Below, one piece after another: positions 38,093 through 48,173 of a stretch of DNA of 64,000 nt; within the stretch, counting starts at the first letter, position 1; each line of letters starts with the position of its first letter. The DNA comes from an uncultured Gammaproteobacteria bacterium. Lineage in GTDB: Bacteria > Patescibacteriota > Microgenomatia > UBA8517. The position numbers and the translations under genes are program-made. The notes under the pieces were generated by a model, which did no database searches, was not told the origin of the DNA, and saw only the letters and a list, made by a program, of their open reading frames with translations. The stretch is taken from positions 124,298 to 188,297 of the forward strand of contig CAZRJH010000002.1 of NCBI GenBank assembly GCA_964600575.1, written 5' to 3'.

Positions 38093-40757
38093 GTCTTAAT
38101 TTAAAAAGGGATGCAAAATCCCGTTTCAGGTTCATATTATAAGTGTAGTACCCCTCCTTGGTCAAGCTAAAACCGCTAGGAGCCTCGGTTTCCAACCCAT
38201 TAGGCAAGATTCTTATCACCCAAGGGTCGTCTCCCACACCCGCCTGTTTTCTAACAAAAAGTCCGTACGAGCTTGATTCTTCGGTTATTTGACTTGTCCA
38301 TTCATAGACTATTTTTTGAGTCTGACCCGCCAAAACCTCGGTAATAATGCCAATCTCTTTCCTCCCCCTAAGATCCGAAACATCTGCGGTCAAAAGTTCT
38401 GTATTTATTCCTACAATACGCTTAACGGAAACCAAATCAGCATCCGACGGAGCAAGTAGTCTCATATAGTTTTTATATCTACCCGAAATACCCAAGGCAG
38501 GGTTTGCACTGTTGGAATACTCGATAGTTAATGTTTTTGTAGATCTATCTTTAGAAACTTGCACATCAAGATCTGCTTTTCTTTTAATAAAATAATTAGA
38601 TTTGTTTACTCCCACGTTAGCCTCTACTATCCCCAAAAAGTCTGGGTAACACCCATCGCCGCAAGATTTGGTTGAAACTGCCCCGCTCCAACCCACATCG
38701 GTTACGGCAACTTGGGAATCGGTGTTGTGTAAGTATGCTTGTATATGCCTTCCTTCTAAATTTTCAAAAATTGCTTTTAGAATTTTAATTCTGTCCAAAC
38801 CTTGCATTTTTGTAACCTCCGCAAGCAGTCCTCTAGATAAAGCTGTCAAAAAACTCGCTTTCTTGTGTGTGCCGGGGAAAAAATTATCCTGAACTTCGGA
38901 TTGGGTTTTTTCGTACAAATTTTGACTGTTAATGTCTAAATTAAAATCAGACAAAAAAACCGATCCTGTATATTTTAAAACATCCTTAACCAAATTGAGA
39001 TCAATAGCAATTACGCCATCGACCTGTTTATCTAGTTCTTTGTCCAAAAACCACTCAGCTCTTTGCGCAGAGGTGGCAAAATCAGGGTCCCAATTGGAAT
39101 CTCTAAACCACCAGTTTGCTTCGTCTAAATAGTTTTTAATAGGTGCCGGGGGCTCAATATGTCCCTTTAGTTGCCCATCTGCGGAATAAATGTCGTTTAT
39201 TGTAAGTTCGGTCATTCGACCACCCTGAAAATTAGTTATACCAAAAGAACCGATAAACCCTCCGGTTGGCCGTAGCTCCATATTGTTTTGAAAAAGAATC
39301 AAATATGATTTTTTTTCGTTCTTTCCTAAAATGTCCGGAAGATTCTCTGCTAAAACCTGTCCTTTAGATGTCAATGTTTTTAACCTGTCAAAATCTAGTC
39401 TTTTTGAAACTTCCTTTGCCGCCAGACTGCCCTTTTTTTCTGAAGTTAGAGTTTCAATCTCCAAAATAGATATCTCTTTGTAAAGCACATCTAGAGCAAT
39501 TTTAATTTTTTGGGAATGCTCCGAAGGGTCATAAATCTCGTTTCCTAAAACTTTTGTTAAAAACTCTGCAGAGCTTGTAGAAACCGGTAGCAAATCAACA
39601 GCCAGATCGCAAGCTTTAACACCAACTAAAGATATGTAATAGGTTTCTCTATATATAGTATCCAAAAACGGGACATAGGACAAAACAAAACTTTCTTTTT
39701 TGCTTATGTTTAAAAATGTTTTTGCTATTAACAGAGGGTTTTCTATGTTTTTATTTTTTCCGTTGTTTATGTTTTTGTAATTAAAATACATGATCCCCAA
39801 ACCTGTCGCCATAGAAAAGATTGGAAACAAAAGAACTAACAACGTTAGGGCAATCAAAGGTTTGACAAACTTTGGTACGATAATAGGAATTCTTTTTCTT
39901 TTAATGATTATTTTGGGTTTAGATTTTTTTTGTTCTTTTTTAACTTTTTGTGGTTTATTGTTTTGCTCTTCCCAGGAGTTACTGATGTAGCGATACGTCT
40001 CTTGAAGATAATATTTTAAATCCGAAGGAAAGTATTTAACTTCGAATCCTTTTGGAACAAGTCTTGGTTCTTGAGTATTGTCATAGCTTAACTTTACCTC
40101 CGGAATTAATTTTTGATTTTCTTTCCAAAACGTAGTGGCAGAAACTCTCTCTCCCAAACAAAAAACAGTTTTACCGTAAGGACCAAACGACAAAAGCCAT
40201 TTAGAAACAATCTTAGAAGCGTCCGTAACAAACATTGGAAAAACTGACTCGCCTATTTCCACTGTTAGTGTTCGTTTAAACAAAATGTCATTTAAATTGC
40301 GTGCTATAAATAAGTTGCTGTCCAGATCAATTCTCGGCCCTATCAAATCCCCTACATAAATAACACCAACGTTTCCGTGCAAAGGAATTTGATTATGTTT
40401 ATCTTGATCAAAAGATTCAAACGGTATTACTACTAACGTTTTAACATTTAAGATGGATTCGTCTTCGTAAAAATCTTTTAACCCTTTATAAGCCAAGCTC
40501 TTGTCAAAGAAACCACCTGCATATATTGCATAGTTGTAAGTTTGTTTAACAAAATTTTTGCCAATGGGTGTAATACTAAATTTACTTTTGTCTAAGTGAT
40601 AAGTGTTGTTTTTCCATGTATCAACATCTTTAGCAATAATATTAACCAAGCAATTTTTAGAAAGAAGATTTTCCAAAAGGTTCAGTGAAAAAAAATTCGG
40701 TTCTGAATAAAAACAAACAAACAATTTTTGTGAGGAATAAAATTCACGGTTTTCCAT
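38085..40757 (-). CDS. Large bitopic membrane protein (hypothetical; an extracytoplasmic domain of ~570 aa)
   Basis: 890 aa. A cytoplasmic N-domain of ~280 aa is followed by a Lys-rich stretch, then one TM (LIALTLLVLLFPIFSMATGLGIM), then a large outside domain. Confidence 0.6.
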   Translation of the reverse strand: MENREFYSSQKLFVCFYSEPNFFSLNLLENLLSKNCLVNIIAKDVDTWKNNTYHLDKSKFSITPIGKNFVKQTYNYAIYAGGFFDKSLAYKGLKDFYEDESILNVKTLVVIPFESFDQDKHNQIPLHGNVGVIYVGDLIGPRIDLDSNLFIARNLNDILFKRTLTVEIGESVFPMFVTDASKIVSKWLLSFGPYGKTVFCLGERVSATTFWKENQKLIPEVKLSYDNTQEPRLVPKGFEVKYFPSDLKYYLQETYRYISNSWEEQNNKPQKVKKEQKKSKPKIIIKRKRIPIIVPKFVKPLIALTLLVLLFPIFSMATGLGIMYFNYKNINNGKNKNIENPLLIAKTFLNISKKESFVLSYVPFLDTIYRETYYISLVGVKACDLAVDLLPVSTSSAEFLTKVLGNEIYDPSEHSQKIKIALDVLYKEISILEIETLTSEKKGSLAAKEVSKRLDFDRLKTLTSKGQVLAENLPDILGKNEKKSYLILFQNNMELRPTGGFIGSFGITNFQGGRMTELTINDIYSADGQLKGHIEPPAPIKNYLDEANWWFRDSNWDPDFATSAQRAEWFLDKELDKQVDGVIAIDLNLVKDVLKYTGSVFLSDFNLDINSQNLYEKTQSEVQDNFFPGTHKKASFLTALSRGLLAEVTKMQGLDRIKILKAIFENLEGRHIQAYLHNTDSQVAVTDVGWSGAVSTKSCGDGCYPDFLGIVEANVGVNKSNYFIKRKADLDVQVSKDRSTKTLTIEYSNSANPALGISGRYKNYMRLLAPSDADLVSVKRIVGINTELLTADVSDLRGRKEIGIITEVLAGQTQKIVYEWTSQITEESSSYGLFVRKQAGVGDDPWVIRILPNGLETEAPSGFSLTKEGYYTYNMNLKRDFASLFKLRHE

Positions 40758-40910
40758 GGGTGTTCACATTGGCAAATCAATTAACGCAGTCATTAAAAAT
40801 TTTATACACCGCGCAAAAAAACGCAAGTTAAGTTTTCAAGTGGGCAACTTTTAAACCTAAGCCTAGCCTGGTTAAGAACGTGAAATTTTCACCAAAAAGT
40901 ACCCAAACTG

Positions 40911-41342
40911 TTAATTTTTGTCCAACTCTTGATTAACCAAAAAGTCGGCTCTTTTATTTTCTTTTCGGGGAACATTTTTAAAATCTACAAAATTTTTTAG
41001 ATTTTTTATTTTTTCCAAAATTTGTTTATGAAAAACAAAAAGCTTTTCGTCTCGTACTTTATATAAACCTTTTATTTGTTTAACAACCAACTCAGAATCC
41101 AGAATAAATAAAATGTTTTTATTTGCTAAGCCGGAATAACCACCCAACCAATCAAGAGCTATTATTACACCTTTGTATTCGGCAACATTGTTTGTAGTTT
41201 CCCCTAAGTAAAGAGAGCCCTCGTAAAGAAGTTCACCGAATTCTTCGATAACACACGCGCTTGCAGCAGGTCCGGGATTACCCCTCGCCCCCCCATCGGT
41301 GTGTACCGTTATCCCGTCAAAATCCATAGGGTAGTTTAACAT
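40911..41342 (-). CDS. rnhA: Ribonuclease HI
   Basis: TDGGARGNPGPAA...NNVAEYKGVIIAL carries the DEDD catalytic core of RNase H. Confidence 0.85.
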   Translation of the reverse strand: MLNYPMDFDGITVHTDGGARGNPGPAASACVIEEFGELLYEGSLYLGETTNNVAEYKGVIIALDWLGGYSGLANKNILFILDSELVVKQIKGLYKVRDEKLFVFHKQILEKIKNLKNFVDFKNVPRKENKRADFLVNQELDKN

Positions 41343-41372
41343 TAAAAATTTAAATTTCCGAGATTTAAAGAG

Positions 41373-42584
41373 TTATTTTTTGTAAGTTAATCCAAGAAGT
41401 AGTGCCAATAGTAAATTGTTTTGTTGAAGGGTTAACCAATAGTGATCAAACAGACCGGTGACCATTACAAAAAGCAAGATACCCACAAAAGCTTTGTTTT
41501 TAATCAAAAAGCTTTTTGCCACTATAACAAAAGAAAACAAAAAACCAACAACTCCAGTTTCTGAAAGAATTAATAAATAAATATTATGTACCGGTTGTAA
41601 AAGCCAGAACCTTCCCATTATTCCATTTACCTTAACCGACTCGGGTATAAAAGTGTTTAATCCACTTCCGCTAAACCAATTTATTTTAAAAATTTCTAAG
41701 GATATATAAGCCAGGTCAAATCTTTCCAGAAAGTTTTTTGATAAATACTGCAGATTTAAATAAAGATCTTTAGAAACTAATGCAAACAAAATAGAGATTA
41801 AAAATACGATAAAAACAAAACTGTTCGCCAACTTTACTTTTGTATGAGAAACATAGAAATTGAGAGCTATTAAAAATACAAAACCCAGGCCAGCTGACAC
41901 CGAAAAAGTTAGTATTAAACAGACAAAAATTAGAAAACTAAATAAATAATAAATTTTTTGAAATTTACCCCTATTTAAAAATACAAAAATCACCACCAAA
42001 GATAAATAACCCGCAAGAGAGTTTGGGTGGGAAAATATTGAATAAGCTCTTAAAAAATCACTTCCACCCAATGAAGTTAGTGCTATACCCGGAGTGTTCA
42101 TGCTAAATGTTCTTTCCCCGAGAAGATAAAACAAACCTGTTGTAGAACCATTCAAAAAGTTGTAAATCCCCAAAAGAGAAACAATTGCCGAGGAAAACAA
42201 CAAGACTTTAATTACATTGTTAATAGATGTTTTTACGGAATTTATGTAAACTGTTACTCCAAAAAAAACTACTTCTAGAATTTTAATCGCATGCAACGCA
42301 GATAGATTTTTGTTGGTTGAAAGTATTACATTTATTAACAACAAAACACCCATCCCAAGAAAGACGGCTAAGTTTTCTTTTACAAAAGAGGTAATTTTGG
42401 GGAAATTTAAAAATAAATAAACTCCCACTAAAATATCCGTCAAAAAAACTGTAGGTGCAAGATAATCAACTCTTGTGCCATAGACCAAAGAGAAATCCGG
42501 CCAAAAATGATAACCAAGTTGCGTAGGAAGGAATAAAATTACTAGAAGAAAAAATTTATCGACTAAGTTTTTGATGATGGTCAC
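41373..42584 (-). CDS. Polytopic membrane protein, O-antigen ligase/polymerase (Wzy_C)-like
   Basis: 403 aa with ≥10 TM helices and a central loop. The family assignment is tentative. Confidence 0.45.
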   Translation of the reverse strand: MTIIKNLVDKFFLLVILFLPTQLGYHFWPDFSLVYGTRVDYLAPTVFLTDILVGVYLFLNFPKITSFVKENLAVFLGMGVLLLINVILSTNKNLSALHAIKILEVVFFGVTVYINSVKTSINNVIKVLLFSSAIVSLLGIYNFLNGSTTGLFYLLGERTFSMNTPGIALTSLGGSDFLRAYSIFSHPNSLAGYLSLVVIFVFLNRGKFQKIYYLFSFLIFVCLILTFSVSAGLGFVFLIALNFYVSHTKVKLANSFVFIVFLISILFALVSKDLYLNLQYLSKNFLERFDLAYISLEIFKINWFSGSGLNTFIPESVKVNGIMGRFWLLQPVHNIYLLILSETGVVGFLFSFVIVAKSFLIKNKAFVGILLFVMVTGLFDHYWLTLQQNNLLLALLLGLTYKK

Positions 42585-43039
42585 TTGGATCTTACAACCA
42601 AATATCTGTTATCCCCTTCTCCTTCTGAAACCGTCTCTATACCGTCAACCTCTGCTAAATGCATATGAACGACTCGTCTTTGCCAAGGTTTTAGATTGTA
42701 AAGGTTTTGAGGCTCACCGGTTGTCTTTGCTCGTTCGGCGGTGTTTGTCGCCAAATTTTTAAGATAATCCTCTTCTTTTTCCCTGTAATCGGCTATGTTT
42801 ACAGTAACCCTGTTCCATTCACCTACTTTTTGCTTTAGAAGTACACCCAAAATTGTTTGAAGGCTTCCCAATGTATCTCCCTTTTTACCAATAAGAAGAC
42901 CGTTCTCCTCGCCTGCGTCTATGTCTGCAACAAAGGTTTCGTTCTTCTTGTCGTATGAAACCTCGATTTTTGCAGATATACCCATCAAGGTCAAAAGCTC
43001 TTCTGCTGCTTGTTTTAGTAGGTCTACGTTTTTATCCAT
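42581..43039 (-). CDS. jag: RNA-binding protein Jag/KhpB (KH + R3H domains)
   Basis: An R3H motif is present (LKPWQRRVVHMHLAEVDGIETVSEGEG). It lies downstream of yidC in the conserved order. Confidence 0.85.
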   Translation of the reverse strand: MDKNVDLLKQAAEELLTLMGISAKIEVSYDKKNETFVADIDAGEENGLLIGKKGDTLGSLQTILGVLLKQKVGEWNRVTVNIADYREKEEDYLKNLATNTAERAKTTGEPQNLYNLKPWQRRVVHMHLAEVDGIETVSEGEGDNRYLVVRSK

Positions 43040-43061
43040 ATCCCGGAAATATGCTTCCGAG

Positions 43062-43895
43062 TTACGATTTTACCAGAGGTTTAACATTAAATAAAGTGGA
43101 GGCACGTTTAATCCACGGGGTAAGACTTCCCCAGCCGCTCATACTAACCTGCTGCCATACATTAATTATAGAGAAAACCAGCCAATAAAGAGCGAGGCCA
43201 GATGGAAACTGAAGTCCAAAAAACAAAGTCATCAAAGGCAGTGTATAGGTCATAGATTGCTGCATCGCAACCTGTATATCATCTGCTTCGGATTTTGTCT
43301 TTTTAGCAATCTTCTTTTCTTCCTCGATATAAGGTGTGGTTATTTTTACAGACAAAAACTGGGCTACTGTAGCCAAAATAAGAAAAAGCCCCGGCAATGG
43401 AAAAGGAACTCCTGAAACCTTAAATGAGTCGGGTTTACTTATGTCTAGATATAAAAATCTTGTGTTGAGTTGCTCGTTGGTTGCAAATTTCATACTGGGG
43501 TACAAAAGGTTGTTAATTTTTGCGGTTGCCTCTCCCCCGCCAGCCAAAGCGGTTGTAAAAACATTAAAAAGTGCTATCAAAACAAAAAATTGAAGTAAAT
43601 ACGGTAAGCATCCGGCCGTAGGATTAATTTTATTTTCTTTGTAAAGATTTGCTTGGGCTTTAGAAAATCCCATCTTGTCGTTTCCAAACTTTTTTCTAAG
43701 TTTGGCTAACTGAGGTTCGAAAGCTTTTATTTTCTTCATTGATTCCAAATACGGTTTGGTTAAAGGTCTCAAAAGAAAGATTAAAGCTACGCTAAAAAAC
43801 AAAATCGCTAAACCCAAATTACCTCCCAATACCTTGTAAAAAAGTATTAGTCCGTTTGTTAACGGCTGAACAAGAAGCAGAGTAAAAATATTCAT
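43062..43895 (-). CDS. yidC: Membrane protein insertase YidC (short form)
   Basis: 277 aa with 5 TM helices. The conserved first TM/loop pattern is present (LLVQPLTNGLILFYKVLGGNLGLAILFFSV). Confidence 0.9.
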   Translation of the reverse strand: MNIFTLLLVQPLTNGLILFYKVLGGNLGLAILFFSVALIFLLRPLTKPYLESMKKIKAFEPQLAKLRKKFGNDKMGFSKAQANLYKENKINPTAGCLPYLLQFFVLIALFNVFTTALAGGGEATAKINNLLYPSMKFATNEQLNTRFLYLDISKPDSFKVSGVPFPLPGLFLILATVAQFLSVKITTPYIEEEKKIAKKTKSEADDIQVAMQQSMTYTLPLMTLFFGLQFPSGLALYWLVFSIINVWQQVSMSGWGSLTPWIKRASTLFNVKPLVKS

Positions 43896-43898
43896 AAT

Positions 43899-44120
43899 TT
43901 ATTTAACAGGATCCCAACCAAAGCCTCCTAGAGGGTGGCACCTGGACAGTCGCTTGATTCCCATCCACAATCCTTTTAGAGTTCCGTATTTCTCAAGAGC
44001 CTCTATTGTATACTCGGAGCAAGTCGGTGTAAACCTACAAGCATTTCCTAACAAATATGTAAAGATTCGGGAAAACGAACTCTTGTAAGCTACTATTAAG
44101 AAAATAATGATTTTTGACAT
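43899..44120 (-). CDS. yidD: Membrane protein insertion efficiency factor YidD
   Basis: The conserved motif CRFTPTCSEY...CHPLGGFGWDP is present. Confidence 0.85.
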   Translation of the reverse strand: MSKIIIFLIVAYKSSFSRIFTYLLGNACRFTPTCSEYTIEALEKYGTLKGLWMGIKRLSRCHPLGGFGWDPVK

Positions 44121-44461
44121 TAAACTAAACCTATTCCCGCTAGCGCAGCTTTAACTTCTTTCATAACCTCGCTTGTTGGCTTTCTCGATATATAGGTCTT
44201 GGCCAAAAAAACAACATCGTAGCCATTTTTGACACGGCTGGATTCCATTCTTACAGCTTCGCTCATGGTTCTTTTGAATCTGTTTCTATCAACCGCATCT
44301 TTTGATATTTTGGTTGAGACAACGAATCCAAATCTGGTTGGTTCAGCATCTTTTCTGTCAAAAAAAGCTAAACCAAAACAATCGGATTGGACAACATTTC
44401 CTTGGGATTGAACCCTCTCATAATCTTTAGATCCACTAAGCCTATGTTTTTTGGCAAGCAT
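44120..44461 (-). CDS. rnpA: RNase P protein component
   Basis: 113 aa, basic. Its position between rpmH and yidD is typical. Confidence 0.85.
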   Translation of the reverse strand: MLAKKHRLSGSKDYERVQSQGNVVQSDCFGLAFFDRKDAEPTRFGFVVSTKISKDAVDRNRFKRTMSEAVRMESSRVKNGYDVVFLAKTYISRKPTSEVMKEVKAALAGIGLV

Positions 44462-44479
44462 TGTTTTTGGCTAATGAAG

Positions 44480-44620
44480 TTAAACGGTCAATTTTTTCCT
44501 ACCTTTGAGTCTGCGCGTAGCAAGAACTCTTCTACCTGTTTTAGTCTTCATTCTTTCTCTGAAACCATGCTTTGAGCGTCTTTTGGTTTTGCTGGGTTGA
44601 TATGTTCTCTTTGTAGCCAT
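44480..44620 (-). CDS. rpmH: 50S ribosomal protein L34
   Basis: Hand translation of the minus strand gives [46 protein letters not shown] (46 aa). It is below the ORF-track length cutoff. Confidence 0.85.
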   Translation of the reverse strand: MATKRTYQPSKTKRRSKHGFRERMKTKTGRRVLATRRLKGRKKLTV

Positions 44621-44689
44621 ATTGCAAATTGAATTATATCAACTACAAAGGGTTTTAATCAATATGGAAGCAAATACCACTTGACGGAT

Positions 44690-44698
44690 TGTGGATAA
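44690..44698. promoter_or_regulatory. DnaA box (TGTGGATAA = TTATCCACA) in the rpmH-dnaA divergent region
   Basis: Exact match to the DnaA-box consensus, upstream of the dnaA start. Confidence 0.6.
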
Positions 44699-44786
44699 CT
44701 TATTAAAAAGTACTAGTACCGAATACGCTAAAAAATTATCTAAACCTCCCATAAACTGCTCAGGAATTGTGGCGTCTGAACCTAAT

Positions 44787-46151
44787 ATGACTACAAAGGA
44801 AATTTGGAAAGAAGTCTTGGATATAGTTAAAATTTCTGTGTCTGCCGCGACTTTTTCCACATGGTTTTCACAAACCCACTTATCGTCTATCAACGAGACC
44901 GAAGACCGGGCAATTTGTGAAGTAGGTTGCAGCACCTTTTATTCCAAAAATACCATTGAGGCAAGATATTTTGGACTAATTCAGGACTCGTTGATGAAGG
45001 TTTTGGGGAAAAAATGTGATTTACTTTTGGTTGTAAAATCCAATCCAGACACCACAAAAGAACAAGCCCACAAACCCGACCCTTTGTTTGGAGAAGTCTC
45101 AATCGGCGAGAACAAGCTTAAAGATAACCAAATAAGAGCCAGAATTAGGCCGAGTTTCACTTTTGAAAATTTTGCCGTTTCTTCCTCGAACCAAATGGCG
45201 CATGCGGCCGCAGAGGCTGTGTCACAAAGTTTAGGCTCTGCTTACAACCCGCTTTTCCTTTGGGGTGGGGTGGGTGTCGGAAAAACACATCTTATGGTAT
45301 CTGTGGGAAACTACTCATTAAAAGAAAACCCTGACCTTAAAATACTTTTTTGCACAGGTGAGGACTTTACTAACGACATAGTTGAGGGGATAAGAAATAA
45401 AACAACTCAAGCTTTTAGAAATAAATATAGAAAACTGGATTTATTATTAATAGACGATATCCAGTTTATAGCCGGAAAAGACACTGTTCAGGAAGAATTT
45501 TTTCATACATTTAATGCCGTTACCTCGGCAGGAGGGCAAATTATTTTAACCTCCGACAGACCGCCTTCCGAAATAAGCAAATTAGAAGAAAGGCTAAGAA
45601 GCAGGTTCGAGGCAGGTTTAATAGTAGATATAGCACCGCCTGATTTTGAACTCAGATGCGCCATAACTCAAATTAAAGCAAAAGAAAAAGGCATTGACCT
45701 TACAATGGACCAAATCCAAATGCTAGCAGCCAACGCAGAAGGGGCAAGAAAAATAGAAGGTTTACTCACTAAATTACTAACAGAAATTCACCTTAAAAAA
45801 GTCCCAGTAAGCGATTTAGTAATAGAAAACACTCTAGGAAAAGGTGTAGAGTCGCCCGGTAAGTCAAAAAGGAGTACACCGGGGGAGGCAATTGACGCGG
45901 TTGCAAGATACTATCAGGTGGGTAAGAGATTGCTTTTGGGGGATTCAAGAGCTAGACCGATTGCCAGACCCAGGCAAGTGTTGATGTATCTTTTAAGGAC
46001 CCATTTAGGAATCCCGTTGGAGGAGGTTGGTAAGGTTGTAGGAGGACGCGACCACACTACAGTTATGCACGCTGTGGAAAAAATAACAGAACTAGCCACG
46101 CAGGATGTGCAAATCCGTGAGGATATTATGAGTATAAAAACTAAAATTTGA
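44787..46151 (+). CDS. dnaA: Chromosomal replication initiator DnaA
   Basis: Walker A is GGVGVGKTHLM. An AAA+ sensor and a C-terminal DNA-binding HTH (GGRDHTTVMHAV) are present. The start is set at MTTKEIWKEVL. Confidence 0.95.
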   Translation: MTTKEIWKEVLDIVKISVSAATFSTWFSQTHLSSINETEDRAICEVGCSTFYSKNTIEARYFGLIQDSLMKVLGKKCDLLLVVKSNPDTTKEQAHKPDPLFGEVSIGENKLKDNQIRARIRPSFTFENFAVSSSNQMAHAAAEAVSQSLGSAYNPLFLWGGVGVGKTHLMVSVGNYSLKENPDLKILFCTGEDFTNDIVEGIRNKTTQAFRNKYRKLDLLLIDDIQFIAGKDTVQEEFFHTFNAVTSAGGQIILTSDRPPSEISKLEERLRSRFEAGLIVDIAPPDFELRCAITQIKAKEKGIDLTMDQIQMLAANAEGARKIEGLLTKLLTEIHLKKVPVSDLVIENTLGKGVESPGKSKRSTPGEAIDAVARYYQVGKRLLLGDSRARPIARPRQVLMYLLRTHLGIPLEEVGKVVGGRDHTTVMHAVEKITELATQDVQIREDIMSIKTKI

Positions 46152-46449
46152 GGATATCTTTTTTACTTTTTGCACTTATCAACATTAGCTTCATATTTAT
46201 CCACAAAGTTATTAACAATCGGCAATGCCTAGTATAAACACGAATATTTTACAAAAGTTAGCCTCGATTTTAAGATATTATCTACTTATCAACCCTTTCT
46301 ACTACTAAAACTACTATTTTTATTATTAATAAACCTCAAATACTAAAAACATCAAAAAACAAAAAGCGTTGAAAACAATTAAGATGTAAATGTCATCTTG
46401 TTTTGAGTTAACCATAAACATATACTGATGCCGTTGTAACAAATTAAAT
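46152..46449. other. oriC region with DnaA boxes and an AT-rich unwinding element
   Basis: A perfect TTATCCACA lies at 46197-46205. Near-matches are TTATCAACA (46176), TTATCTACT (46278) and TTATCAACC (46286). An AT-rich tract runs 46311-46370. Confidence 0.7.
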
Positions 46450-47562
46450 ATGAAACTAACAGTACTTCAAGAAGATTTTGCTAAGGCGGTGAACATAGCC
46501 TCAAGGTTCGCAAGCCCAAAGGCTCAACTTCCAATATTAGGAAACATTTTGATAAGTTCCGAAAAAACCAAAGTTAGAATAGTCTCAACAAATTTGGAGA
46601 TATCAGCTTCCGTGTCACTTGGTGCAAAAGTAGAAGAAGAGGGAGAGATAAGTATTCCTTCTAAAGTTTTAAACGATCTTGTTAGCAATCTTCCTAAAGA
46701 AACGATAGAAATATCTTCAAAAGAAGAGCAGCTTAAAGTTTCTAGCCCCGGTTTTTCATCTAATGTTTTGGGGATGTCTGCTGTTGATTTTCCCAAGGTA
46801 CCTGCGGGCATAGATAAAAGCAAAGCGGTACCATTACCTTCCAAAGAATTTTCGGACGCTTTATCGAAGGTTACATTCGCTGCATCAATGGACGAAACAA
46901 GACCTGTTTTGACAGGTGTTTTGTTTATAAAAGATAAAAAGAATTTGAACTTAGTAGCCACCGACGGCTTTAGACTGTCTAAAAAAACAGTAAATGTGGA
47001 AAATGATGACGAATTTAAATTAATACTCCCAAAGCTTATTCTTAACGAAGTGGCAAGAGATTCTAGTTCGGAAATGTTTTTTTCATTTGACCAAAACGAT
47101 AAACAAGCTGTATTTTCAAGCGGCGATATCACTTTGACATCAAGACTTCTGGAAGGGGAATACCCCGATTTTGACAAAATTATTCCTAAAAATTCATCTT
47201 TGAGCATATCTGTTGATAAGGAAGATTTTTTAAGAGCGGTTAAGTTAGCATCTGTTTTTGCAAGAGAAGCTTCTAATATTGTTAAGATTAAAGTTCTTAA
47301 AGAATCAATAAAAGTATCTGCTGAAAGCGGTAGTTCCGGGAGCCAAGAAATGAGTGTAGAGGCAAAGATTCAAATAAATGAAAAAGGGAACGAAAACATG
47401 GAGGTTAGTTTTAATTATAAGTTTTTGGAAGATTTTCTTAATTCGATCAAGAGCGATACTTTAACAATTGATTTGTCGGGTCCAAGCTCCGCGGGTGTTT
47501 TTAGAGAAGCCTCAGACTTAGAATATCTTCATTTAATAATGCCTGTGAGGGTTCAGAGCTGA
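46450..47562 (+). CDS. dnaN: DNA polymerase III beta sliding clamp
   Basis: The N-terminus is MKLTVLQEDFAKAVNIASRFAS. The three-domain length (370 aa) and the position after dnaA fit. Confidence 0.9.
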   Translation: MKLTVLQEDFAKAVNIASRFASPKAQLPILGNILISSEKTKVRIVSTNLEISASVSLGAKVEEEGEISIPSKVLNDLVSNLPKETIEISSKEEQLKVSSPGFSSNVLGMSAVDFPKVPAGIDKSKAVPLPSKEFSDALSKVTFAASMDETRPVLTGVLFIKDKKNLNLVATDGFRLSKKTVNVENDDEFKLILPKLILNEVARDSSSEMFFSFDQNDKQAVFSSGDITLTSRLLEGEYPDFDKIIPKNSSLSISVDKEDFLRAVKLASVFAREASNIVKIKVLKESIKVSAESGSSGSQEMSVEAKIQINEKGNENMEVSFNYKFLEDFLNSIKSDTLTIDLSGPSSAGVFREASDLEYLHLIMPVRVQS

Positions 47563-48146
47563 ATAAAACCTTCGTTTTCGGCAGGGGGGTCTTTTGAAAA
47601 ATCTTTCGCCCATAAGCTTAAAAAGTTGTCGAAACTTGTGGGTTCAAAATACCAGATTTCTAAAAGTGTTCCGTCTGCGTGTCCAAGGTATGCAATTCCA
47701 TTTTGAGGATATACATAAAGATTGAATGTGCTGTGGGATTTGTTTTCGTATAATTTAAACGGTGCCGTCCCAAATTGATTGGTTACGTATGTGACATTAA
47801 GTTTGTCATTGGTGTTAACTATTTGCTTAATAAGTGCCAGTGTTCCGTTTCGAAATGTGGCTTCGTGAAATCTATATTGATTGGATGATCTAAATTCCGA
47901 AACAGTTAAAGTTCCTGTTGTTTTTGTGGATATTGGCCTGCCTAGTATCCCGTTTACATCTGTTTGAGTGCTGCTTCCAGGGGTAATATTGCCAAATTTT
48001 GCTTGCTGTGCGTCGGGGCTGGGGGTTTGTGAAGTAGAGGGGGAGTTTACCGGTTTTAAAAATATATTCAAAAATACCAATATTATGAAAGCGATGACTA
48101 AAACAGGGATCCATATTCTCTTTAGAAAATTAATTATTTTCGACAT
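47553..48146 (-). CDS. Bitopic membrane protein (hypothetical), last gene of the T4SS-like cluster and a possible VirB8/TcpC-like component
   Basis: One N-terminal TM (IWIPVLVIAFIILVFLNIFL) is followed by a ~165-aa external domain. The VirB8-like role is inferred from topology and position only. Confidence 0.5.
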   Translation of the reverse strand: MSKIINFLKRIWIPVLVIAFIILVFLNIFLKPVNSPSTSQTPSPDAQQAKFGNITPGSSTQTDVNGILGRPISTKTTGTLTVSEFRSSNQYRFHEATFRNGTLALIKQIVNTNDKLNVTYVTNQFGTAPFKLYENKSHSTFNLYVYPQNGIAYLGHADGTLLEIWYFEPTSFDNFLSLWAKDFSKDPPAENEGFIQL

Positions 48147-48173
48147 GTTAACTTAATTATATTAATAAAAACA

